Assembly (NCBI GenBank): GCA_963749075.1
Contig: CAVVLJ010000017.1
Location: forward strand, 1,088,001 to 1,152,000
DNA length: 64,000 bases
Direction: 5' to 3'
Origin: an uncultured Pseudomonadota bacterium
GTDB taxonomy: Bacteria > Pseudomonadota > Alphaproteobacteria > JACZXZ01
In this document: piece after piece, positions 53,839-64,000 of the stretch
Position numbering within the stretch: the stretch's first letter is position 1
Layout of the letters: the number at the start of each line of letters is the position of its first letter
Made by a program: the position numbers and the translations under genes
Notes under the pieces: generated by a model
Database searches by the model: none
What the model saw: the letters and a program-made list of their open reading frames with translations, nothing else
Told to the model about the DNA's origin: nothing

Positions 53839-54648
53839 ATGCTAGACATCTGCCGCAAATACGGCCCGACTTGCATTGTTCTTCTGTGCGGAGCCCTCGT
53901 ATCATGGGCCTTTGTTTCCTTTGCGTACTGCGAGGGTAATTACGATCAAGCCGCCAACTACGACCCCTATAAAAATCAAACCATCTTCGATACTTGCTTT
54001 GCTCGGGGACCTATAGCTGCTGCTGGGCGGCTCGGTATTTTTCTCAGCCACCACAAGGAAGCATTTTTTGCAGCCATCACTACCTTGGCAACCGTCGCTA
54101 TCGCCGTATTCACTTACACGCTCTACAGTGCCACCACTGAACAAGCTCGCCTGACTAGGAAGGCACTCAAGGTTGCTCGCGACGAATTCACTTCCAGCCA
54201 TCGCCCTCGCATCATTTTGAGAGACGTTCACTTGCTTCCGACTGAACAGGGACACGAGATTATTTTCATGCTCGTAAATACTGGGGGGACGCCCGCAACT
54301 ATTGTAGAAAGCTGGATCATTATTGAGTTTATACAACCAGGTAACCCCATAAGAAATCCACGATCCTACGGGCACAATGATCTCGGGCGGATCGTTTTCG
54401 CCGCCGGAGAAATGAAAGATTTGACCTATCAGGCCCCTCCCGATGTTGGCCTTCATATAGCTTTTCGTTCCGCTGCTGGCGCGGCGAGCATCGATCAATC
54501 GAAAGCTTGGCACCTCGATTTTGCGGGAGCCATTCTCTATTCTGACGACGCTGGGAATTGTCGGCGAAGCGTCTTCCGACGCCGGTGGGATTTTAATAGA
54601 CAAGCCTTTTGCCGAGTCGATGACCCCGATCAAGAGTATGCCGATTAA
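53839..54648 (+). CDS. IS1595 passenger: hypothetical membrane protein
   Basis: Overlaps the transposase stop (ATGCTAG), inside the IRs, AT-richer; two hydrophobic segments then a beta-rich domain. Confidence 0.78.
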   Translation: MLDICRKYGPTCIVLLCGALVSWAFVSFAYCEGNYDQAANYDPYKNQTIFDTCFARGPIAAAGRLGIFLSHHKEAFFAAITTLATVAIAVFTYTLYSATTEQARLTRKALKVARDEFTSSHRPRIILRDVHLLPTEQGHEIIFMLVNTGGTPATIVESWIIIEFIQPGNPIRNPRSYGHNDLGRIVFAAGEMKDLTYQAPPDVGLHIAFRSAAGAASIDQSKAWHLDFAGAILYSDDAGNCRRSVFRRRWDFNRQAFCRVDDPDQEYAD

Positions 54649-54759
54649 GACAAGCCCGGCGGATGCCCGTCGCAACCCTCCAAGAGGGCGCCCTAGCGCT
54701 GTCAAGCGGGGGATAATCGCCCTCAGGATGAGGCCCCAGCTCGGTGCCGGGGGCAATGG

Positions 54760-54888
54760 CTAAACGCGCCCGTGGCAGTGCTTGTGCTTCTTGCCGGAGC
54801 CGCAGGGGCAGGGGCAGGGGGCGTTGCGCGGCACCTTGCCCCAGCCGGCGCTGTCGTTGGCGTTGACCCAGCGGCCGGTCGCCTCGTC
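54760..54888 (-). pseudogene. Diverged duplicate of the secA 3' end (SEC-C motif)
   Basis: [42 protein letters not shown] vs sec[41 protein letters not shown]. Confidence 0.93.
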
Positions 54889-55251
54889 CTACTTAACCCT
54901 TTGAAGCTTCATCCAGGCCTTGCCGCAATTGGCCGTGTTCCAAGGTTCACTTTGAAACGTATCGCCGGTAAATTGGCCAGTCATGACAACATTAGCCGCG
55001 AACGAACCTCGAAAGCTTCCGTTATCAGAAATTGATCCCGCGACATTATATTTTCTCGTGCCGCCACCCTCTGCGTAACCCGTCATTTGATTGTCTGCGA
55101 TGTGGACCCTGACCTTGTCCATGTTGCCGCACCGCTCGGTGTATGACATTACTCCCTCCCAATCTCCGTCAAAGGGGCCAGCGGAGTAAGCCGTGCCGCC
55201 CGTCAAGCACCCAATAGCGACGATCAGCGCAACGTTTAATGAGTACCTCAT
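54889..55251 (-). CDS. Small exported hypothetical protein, AT-richer
   Basis: Signal peptide, FDGDWEG, two Cys in the mature part, Gly-rich beta pattern. Confidence 0.75.
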   Translation of the reverse strand: MRYSLNVALIVAIGCLTGGTAYSAGPFDGDWEGVMSYTERCGNMDKVRVHIADNQMTGYAEGGGTRKYNVAGSISDNGSFRGSFAANVVMTGQFTGDTFQSEPWNTANCGKAWMKLQRVK

Positions 55252-55432
55252 CGGACCACCCCCCGGGAACGATGCCTATGAGGCCGATAATTTACACTAT
55301 TGCGAGTACCACGGCTATGCGTCCTTAGCTATCTGTTTGTCGAATAAAACCCAATAGGCGCTCCTCCCGCTTCTCAACGGCCGCGCGCATCTCCGGCGGG
55401 AACGAGTACCGTGTACACGGAGTCAATGGCGC

Positions 55433-55465
55433 TTCTGTCGTCCGTCGTCCGTCGTCTGTCGTCCG
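55433..55465 (-). repeat. Heptamer tandem array C(A/G)GACGA
   Basis: Minus strand CGGACGA CAGACGA CGGACGA CGGACGA CAGAA just after the secA stop. Confidence 0.8.
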
Positions 55466-55470
55466 GGTCG

Positions 55471-58257
<2,787 letters not shown>

Positions 58258-58604
58258 GGAGCGGTCCTCGAAGGCGAACGGACGGAGCCGGCACCGCTGC
58301 GGTGCCGGCCCGCAGCACAGATAGGGGGTGCTGCCGGAGCTGTCAATGTCCTGGGCGGCGCCCATGGCGAAGACGAGGCGGGCTCGCGGCAACGCAAGCG
58401 ACGCGCCGCTGCGGCGTACTTCATGGGCGGCCGCAGCGCTCGGCGCGGGACGCCGGCCCCGGCTTCTCCAAGTCAAGCTTCTCTTGTGCCTGGGAGCGCT
58501 TTGTGCATTATCGAGCCGCCTTTTCCGGCATCCCGGGCACCGCGGCGGACGGCGGGGTGCCCAGGCGAGCAGCCTCTCTCCCGCCGTCCGTCGAGAGGTA
58601 CTTC

Positions 58605-59519
58605 ATGTCATCCCATCCCGCCGCTGCGATCCTCGCGGCCGCCGTCCTCGGGGCGATTTCACTCGCGTTGCCGGCTTCGGCGGCCGAGACGCCGAGCGCC
58701 CCGGCAGCCGCGGGCCAGCCGGCGGCTGGCGACCCGGTCGTGGCGACCGTGAACGGCGTTGCGATCCACCGCTCGGATGTCGAGACGGCGCGCAAGGACC
58801 TGCCGCAGCAGTATCAATCCTTCCCCTTCGAGGTGGTCTATCCCGCCCTCCTCGAGCGCCTCATCGACGGCAAGCTCCTGGTGTCGGCGGGCCGCGCCGA
58901 GGGGCTGGCGAACGACGCGGAGGTCAAGGAGCGCCTGGCGCGGCTCGAGGACCAGGTCATCCAGAGCGTCTATCTCACCCGCGCCATCAAGGCCAAGCTC
59001 AGCGACGACGTGCTCAAGAAGCGCTACGAGGAGTACGTCAAGCAGAACCCGCCCGAACCCGAGGTGCACGCCCGCCACATCCTCGTGAAGAGCGAGGACG
59101 AGGCCAAGGAGATCATCAAGGAGCTCAAGGGCGGTGCGGACTTCGCCGAGCTCGCGAAGAAGAAGTCGACCGGCCCCTCCGCCGCACAGGGCGGCGACCT
59201 CGGCTTCATCAAGCGCGGCGACGTGGTGCCCGAGTTCGCCGACGCGGCCTTGGCGCTCAAGCCCGGCCAGTTCACAGAGGTGCCGGTCAAGACCCAGTTC
59301 GGCTGGCACGTCATCAAGGTCGAGGAGGTGCGCCAGTCGAGCCCGCCCGCCTTCGCGGAGGCCAAGGAGGACATCGAGCGCGAGGCGAGCCGCGACATGA
59401 TCACCGAGGTGGTGAACGGCCTGCGCGAGAAGGCCAAGATCGAGCGCTTCAACGCCGACGGCTCGGCCAAGAGCGAGGGCAGTGCCGCACCCGCGGGCGG
59501 CGAGCAGAAGAAGCCCTGA
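58605..59519 (+). CDS. Parvulin-type peptidyl-prolyl isomerase, exported
   Basis: EVHARHILV, GGDLG, PVKTQFGWHVIK. Confidence 0.93.
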   Translation: MSSHPAAAILAAAVLGAISLALPASAAETPSAPAAAGQPAAGDPVVATVNGVAIHRSDVETARKDLPQQYQSFPFEVVYPALLERLIDGKLLVSAGRAEGLANDAEVKERLARLEDQVIQSVYLTRAIKAKLSDDVLKKRYEEYVKQNPPEPEVHARHILVKSEDEAKEIIKELKGGADFAELAKKKSTGPSAAQGGDLGFIKRGDVVPEFADAALALKPGQFTEVPVKTQFGWHVIKVEEVRQSSPPAFAEAKEDIEREASRDMITEVVNGLREKAKIERFNADGSAKSEGSAAPAGGEQKKP

Positions 59520-59594
59520 TTGGCACCCCCGGCAGCCGCGGGCGCCGCTGGCGCCGGGCGGGCAATAGGCTTCTGACGCACTCTTGAGGACAGC

Positions 59595-60824
59595 ATGGCC
59601 GAGCGCTCTCCCCTGGCTCCCGCACGCTTCCCCGAGCTGCCGCCGCTCGCCGGTATCACGCTTGCCGCCGCGGCCGCGGGCGTGCGCTACAGCGGGCGCA
59701 ACGACGTGCTCATGGCCGAGCTCGAGCCGGGCAGCACGGTCGCCGCGGTCTTCACGCGCTCGGCAACGGCGTCCGCCCCCGTCGATTGGTGCCGGCGCGC
59801 GGTCAAGGGCGGGCGCATCCGCGCCATCGTCGCCAATTCGGGCAACGCCAATGCCTTCACCGGCCGGAGCGGCAGTGCCGCGGTCGAGCGCACCGTCGAG
59901 GCGGCGGCCGGCCTCATCGGCTGCGCCCGCGAGGAGGTCCTGGTGGCCTCCACGGGGGTCATCGGCGAGCCGCTGCCGGACGAGCGCATCCGCGCGGTGC
60001 TTGCCGCGTGCCGCGCCGCGGGCTCGCCGGCCGCCTGGCTCGACGGCGCCCAGGCGATCATGACCACCGACACCTTCCCCAAGGGGTCAACGCGCAGCGC
60101 CGCGATCAACGGCACCGCCGTCACCATCAACGGCATCGCCAAGGGCTCCGGCATGATCGCGCCGGACATGGCGACCCTGCTCGCCTTCGTCTTCACCGAC
60201 GCGGCCATCCCGGCGGGAGTCCTGCAGGCGCTCCTCGCCCGGGCCAACGAGCGCTCCTTCAACTGCATCACCGTCGACGGCGACACCTCGACGAGCGACA
60301 CGCTCATCCTGGCGGCGAGCGGCAAGGCCGGGAACGCGCCGCCCGCGGGAGCCGGCGACCCGGCGCTCAGGTCCTTCGGCCGCGCCCTCGAGAGCCTTCT
60401 CGTCGATCTCGCCCAGCAGGTCGTGCGCGACGGCGAGGGGGCGCGGAAGCTCATCACCGTCAAGGTCTCAGGTGCGGCCTCCGCGCGCGCGGCGCGGCGC
60501 ATCGGCCTCGCCATCGCCAACTCGCCGCTCGTCAAGACCGCGGTCGCCGGGGAGGACGCCAATTGGGGCCGCATCGTCATGGCGGTCGGCAAGGCCGGCG
60601 AGAAGGCCGACCGCGACCGCCTGGCGATCGCCATCGGCGGCATCGCGGTCGCCGCGGGCGGCGTGCGCGTCGAGAACTACGACGAGGCGCCCGTGGCCGC
60701 CCACATGAAGGGCCAGGACATCCTCTTCGAGGTCGACGTGGGCGTCGGCCGCGGCCGCGCCACGGTGTGGAGCTGCGACCTCACCGAGGGCTACATCCGC
60801 ATCAACGCGAGCTATCGCAGCTAG
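59595..60824 (+). CDS. argJ: Bifunctional ornithine acetyltransferase/N-acetylglutamate synthase
   Basis: NSGNANA, IMTTDT, KGSGMIAPDMAT, DANWGR. Confidence 0.97.
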   Translation: MAERSPLAPARFPELPPLAGITLAAAAAGVRYSGRNDVLMAELEPGSTVAAVFTRSATASAPVDWCRRAVKGGRIRAIVANSGNANAFTGRSGSAAVERTVEAAAGLIGCAREEVLVASTGVIGEPLPDERIRAVLAACRAAGSPAAWLDGAQAIMTTDTFPKGSTRSAAINGTAVTINGIAKGSGMIAPDMATLLAFVFTDAAIPAGVLQALLARANERSFNCITVDGDTSTSDTLILAASGKAGNAPPAGAGDPALRSFGRALESLLVDLAQQVVRDGEGARKLITVKVSGAASARAARRIGLAIANSPLVKTAVAGEDANWGRIVMAVGKAGEKADRDRLAIAIGGIAVAAGGVRVENYDEAPVAAHMKGQDILFEVDVGVGRGRATVWSCDLTEGYIRINASYRS

Positions 60825-60851
60825 CGGACGGTACTTCCGAGCACGGCCCCA

Positions 60852-61295
60852 ATGACCAGCGGCTGCGCCGACCTCCCCAAGCCCCCTTCCGACCCGCTGC
60901 CGCTCGTGCTCGTGGTGGCGGCGGCACTCGTCGACAGGGACGGCCGCGTGCTCCTCGCCGAGCGGCCGGCGGGGAAGGCGATGGCGGGGCTCTGGGAGTT
61001 TCCCGGCGGCAAGGTCCGCGACGGCGAGGCGCCGGAGGCCGCCCTCGTGCGCGAGCTCATGGAGGAGCTCGGCATCGACACGGCGGAGAGCTGCCTCTCG
61101 CCGCTCGCCTTCGCCTCCCACCGCTACGAGCGCTTCCACCTCCTCATGCCGCTCTACGTCTGCCGGGTGTGGAAGGGCATCGCGCGCGCGCGCGAGGGCC
61201 AGCGCCTCAAATGGGTGCGCCCCGCAGCACTCCGCGACTACCCCATGCCGCCCGCCGACGCGCCGCTCATCCCGGTGCTGCAGGATCTGCTGTAG
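60852..61295 (+). CDS. mutT: Nudix hydrolase, MutT-like
   Basis: WEFPGGKV..GE...AL.REL.EELG. Confidence 0.9.
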   Translation: MTSGCADLPKPPSDPLPLVLVVAAALVDRDGRVLLAERPAGKAMAGLWEFPGGKVRDGEAPEAALVRELMEELGIDTAESCLSPLAFASHRYERFHLLMPLYVCRVWKGIARAREGQRLKWVRPAALRDYPMPPADAPLIPVLQDLL

Positions 61296-61352
61296 GGCAC
61301 GTGGAGGTTCGCTCCATGGCGCTTGCGCGGCAACCTCGGCGGCAGGGCCTCC

Positions 61353-61676
61353 TCAGCGCGCCTTGAGGGTCTCGATATAGGCGAGGATGTCCTCGATCTG
61401 GCGGCGGTCGAGCTCGAGCGGCGGCATCGGCTCGTGCGGCCTGGCAAGGAAGGCGCGCAGATAGTCCGGCGTCTTGTCCGGGTCGCGGGCGAGCTCCCGG
61501 AAGGTGGGAATGCCTTGCACGGCCTGCTTCTCGCCCTTGAGGAGATGACAGTCCGAGCACCAGCGCTGGGCGAGCGCCAAGCCCTTTGCGGCTTCGCCGT
61601 GGTAGGCGGCCTGCTGGCCGAGGGCCGGCAGCGGCGCGAGCAGGCCCGCTATGAGGAGGAGTGCGATCTTTTTCAT
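61353..61676 (-). CDS. Monoheme cytochrome c
   Basis: Signal peptide, CSDCH, PH..MP. Confidence 0.88.
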   Translation of the reverse strand: MKKIALLLIAGLLAPLPALGQQAAYHGEAAKGLALAQRWCSDCHLLKGEKQAVQGIPTFRELARDPDKTPDYLRAFLARPHEPMPPLELDRRQIEDILAYIETLKAR

Positions 61677-61762
61677 GCGCGCCTCGCCGATCATGCGCCG
61701 CGACGGTGCGTCCGGGCGGAACCCAAGCTATCGGCGGCGGCCGCGGCGGGCAATGAGCTATG

Positions 61763-62686
61763 TCAAGAACCGGCTCGGCGCGGCGAGGCCTTGTCGCCGG
61801 CCGGGTGCTCCTCGCTGTCGAGCGCCGCGGCGAGGCGCGCCGCGGCACTTCCCGGCTTGAGCGGTTGCTGTTGCGACCCGTGGGGCGCCCAACCGGTGAG
61901 ATAGAGCACCTCGAAGCTCGCAGGGACGCGGCCGTCGGCCTGGGCGAAGCGCTCGGCGTAGATCGCCGCGGCGCGCAGGAGCGTGGTGCGCCGGCTGAAG
62001 CCGCGCCTCAAGCCCGCCACCGCATTCGTCTCGCCCATGCCGCGCAGATCGCGCATCAGCGCCAGCGCCGTCCCGTAGGTCACCGTGATGAGGTCGCGGT
62101 CGACGACGGGGAGGGCGAAGCCGGCGCGCTGCAGGAGCGAGCCGGCGTCGCGCACGTCGGCAAAGGGCGAGACGCGCGGGCCGGCGCCGCCCTCGATCTC
62201 GGCCTCGGCCTCGAGGAGTGCCACGCGCAGCTCGCGGAGCGTCTCGCCGCCGAGGAGGGCGGCCAGGAAGAGCCCGTCGGGCCTGAGCGCGCGGCGGATC
62301 TGGATGAGCGCCCCGGGCAGGTCGTTGACCCAATGGAGGGAGAGGTTGCTGATGACGAGATCGAGACTGCCTTGGGCGAAGGGCAGCGCCTCTTCGTCGG
62401 CGGCGACGGCGGGCCCGCTCGCGCCGCGCAGCAAGGCCGGCGAGAGGTCGCTCGCCACGAGACGCTCGATGCCGCCGCGGCCCCGGAGCAGCCGCGCGAG
62501 GGTGCCGCCGCGGCAGCCGAGGTCGAGCGCCAGCGGGAAGCGGTGCTGCGTGTCGTCGAGGCGGTCGACGAGCCGCTCCGCCACCTCGCGCAAGAGGAAG
62601 TCGTGCTCCCCGAGCCTCCCCACCGCGCGCTCGCGGTGGAGGCGCACGAGCCGGCGGTCGAAGACCTCTATGGCCCCGTCGCTCAT
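61763..62686 (-). CDS. SAM methyltransferase (BioC/NDUFAF5-like)
   Basis: LDLGC, SNLSLHWVNDLPG, LLQRAGFALPVVD. Confidence 0.9.
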   Translation of the reverse strand: MSDGAIEVFDRRLVRLHRERAVGRLGEHDFLLREVAERLVDRLDDTQHRFPLALDLGCRGGTLARLLRGRGGIERLVASDLSPALLRGASGPAVAADEEALPFAQGSLDLVISNLSLHWVNDLPGALIQIRRALRPDGLFLAALLGGETLRELRVALLEAEAEIEGGAGPRVSPFADVRDAGSLLQRAGFALPVVDRDLITVTYGTALALMRDLRGMGETNAVAGLRRGFSRRTTLLRAAAIYAERFAQADGRVPASFEVLYLTGWAPHGSQQQPLKPGSAAARLAAALDSEEHPAGDKASPRRAGS

Positions 62687-62768
62687 GGCCCCTATATGGC
62701 ACGGGACACGGCGGCGGACCATGGCCGCGCATTGACAGCGCGCTCCAGCACCGCTTTGATGGCCGGCG

Positions 62769-63539
62769 ATGCTCGAGAGCTTCGAGAGCCTCGCGGGAGC
62801 AAGGTTGCGGCGCTGGGGTGCGCTAGCGCTCAATGCCGTGCTGCCGGCGCGCTGCCTCTCCTGCGGCGTCGTGGTGGATGCGCCGGGGACGCTCTGCCCG
62901 CCGTGCTGGCGCGCCATCGACTTCCTCGCCCCGCCCTTCTGCGCCTGCTGCGGCATGCCCTTCGAGGTCGATCCGGGGGAGGCAGCGCTCTGCACCGGCT
63001 GCCTCGACCGGCCGCCCGACTTCGCGCGGGCGCGCGCGGTCTTCCGCTACGGCGAGGAGAGCCGCCGGCTCATCCTCGGCTTCAAGCACGGCGACCGGCT
63101 GCACGGCACAAAAGCCTATGCCGCCTGGATGGCCCGCGCCGGCGCCGAGCTCGTCGCGGACGCGGCCGTCATCGCCCCGGTGCCGCTCCATTGGACGCGG
63201 CTCTTCGCGCGGCGCTACAACCAGGCGGCCCTTCTCGCCAATGCGCTGGCGCGCTCGGCAGGGATCGAGGCGGTGCCCGACCTCCTGGTGCGGAAGCGCC
63301 GCACCCCCTCGCAAGGCCGCCTCAATGCCGCCGAGCGGCGGCGCAACGTGCGCGGCGCCTTCGCGGTCCGGGCGAGTGCCGCACCGCGCATAGCAGGCAG
63401 ACGCGTGCTCCTCATAGACGACGTCTATACGACCGGCGCCACCGCGGGCGCCTGCGCGCGGTCGCTTCTCGCGGCGGGAGCCTCGGCGGTCGACGTGCTG
63501 ACGCTCGCCCGCGTGGTGCGGCCGCAAGCTCGGGCATGA
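62769..63539 (+). CDS. comF: ComF family protein
   Basis: Double zinc ribbon, PVPLH, RRYNQA, LIDDVYTTGAT. Confidence 0.93.
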   Translation: MLESFESLAGARLRRWGALALNAVLPARCLSCGVVVDAPGTLCPPCWRAIDFLAPPFCACCGMPFEVDPGEAALCTGCLDRPPDFARARAVFRYGEESRRLILGFKHGDRLHGTKAYAAWMARAGAELVADAAVIAPVPLHWTRLFARRYNQAALLANALARSAGIEAVPDLLVRKRRTPSQGRLNAAERRRNVRGAFAVRASAAPRIAGRRVLLIDDVYTTGATAGACARSLLAAGASAVDVLTLARVVRPQARA

Positions 63540-63663
63540 GGCACGGGCAATGAGGCAAGGGCCGGCTGACGCGGCGGTAGTGGGTAAGTTTGAATTTAGG
63601 CAGCTTTCATCGGGCCGCCGCCCCCAGTGGGAGAGGGAAAATCAACCCTGGGGCATGGAGGTA

Positions 63664-64000
63664 CTAGAGCACAATGTCGGCGTGCTGCCTTAGCTCGGCG
63701 CGGACATTATGGCCAAGAGGCTCCAAAATCACTTTAATGCCCTCGCGACGAACGAATTTGAATGCAGGCACAAAATCGGAATCACCTGTTACCACGATGA
63801 CAGCGCGAACAAGTGCTCTCAGCGCAAGACGGGCCATATCCATCCCAACACGCATATCGACGCCCTTTTGTGATAGGTCGAGTTCAAAATCTGAATCCGT
63901 CAGCGGTCTGTGCGCATGGACGAGTTCTTTCGCAATTCTCGGCTTAATGCGCCATTTGTTCGGGGATAGCCGAACGTCGCCCATTCTCAGTGCAAAATTC
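63664..64000 (-). CDS. NYN (LabA/DUF88) domain protein, 3' part, AT-richer
   Basis: QKGVDMRVGMD...VTGDSDFVPA. Confidence 0.9.
   Translation of the reverse strand, partial: NFALRMGDVRLSPNKWRIKPRIAKELVHAHRPLTDSDFELDLSQKGVDMRVGMDMARLALRALVRAVIVVTGDSDFVPAFKFVRREGIKVILEPLGHNVRAELRQHADIVL

Larger units (their letters stand above)
51595..53845 (+). pseudogene. IS1595 (ISXO2-like) transposase, split by IS3
   Basis: Zn ribbon CPRCG..CEAC, VEVDETFIGG, TDEW, HTNTIE; ...VSKKY resumes at 53756 as YLPLYVAEFQFRYNNR...KGC*. Confidence 0.92.
51523..54721 (+). mobile_element. IS1595-family element with passenger gene, interrupted by IS3
   Basis: 23-bp IRs GGCGATTATCCCCC(A/G)CTTGACAG (22/23); 8-bp TSD CTCAGGAT at 51515-51522 and 54722-54729. 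Confidence 0.93.

Overview
High-GC alphaproteobacterial chromosome segment, Rhodospirillales-like by gene content and order. The backbone is core genes: zur, ctaA, groESL with CIRCE, DinG helicase, class I lysS, pyrD, scpA/ATM1/meaB, dcd, rpmB, cobST/J-domain/bolA, aroBK, xerD, mcl, accA, secA, PPIase, argJ, mutT and comF. Scattered between them are AT-richer single-gene islets, three toxin-antitoxin pairs, gene relics and three families of short repeats. The most complex locus is the 4.4-kb accA-secA gap (51.0-55.5 kb). Inverted heptamer arrays bracket a GIY-YIG nuclease gene flanked by inverted REP-like hairpins. An IS1595 element with a passenger gene is inserted exactly in one hairpin (8-bp TSD) and is itself interrupted by an IS3. 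A diverged second copy of the secA 3' end flanks a foreign gene. The same REP family recurs elsewhere as gene-less doublets with compensatory stems and cGNAg loops, so the best candidate for a poorly described system is a REP-associated GIY-YIG nuclease unit. Single-base frameshifts in conserved genes (accA, scpA, cobS, MFS) are probably assembly errors. All calls were made by eye; no database searches were run.
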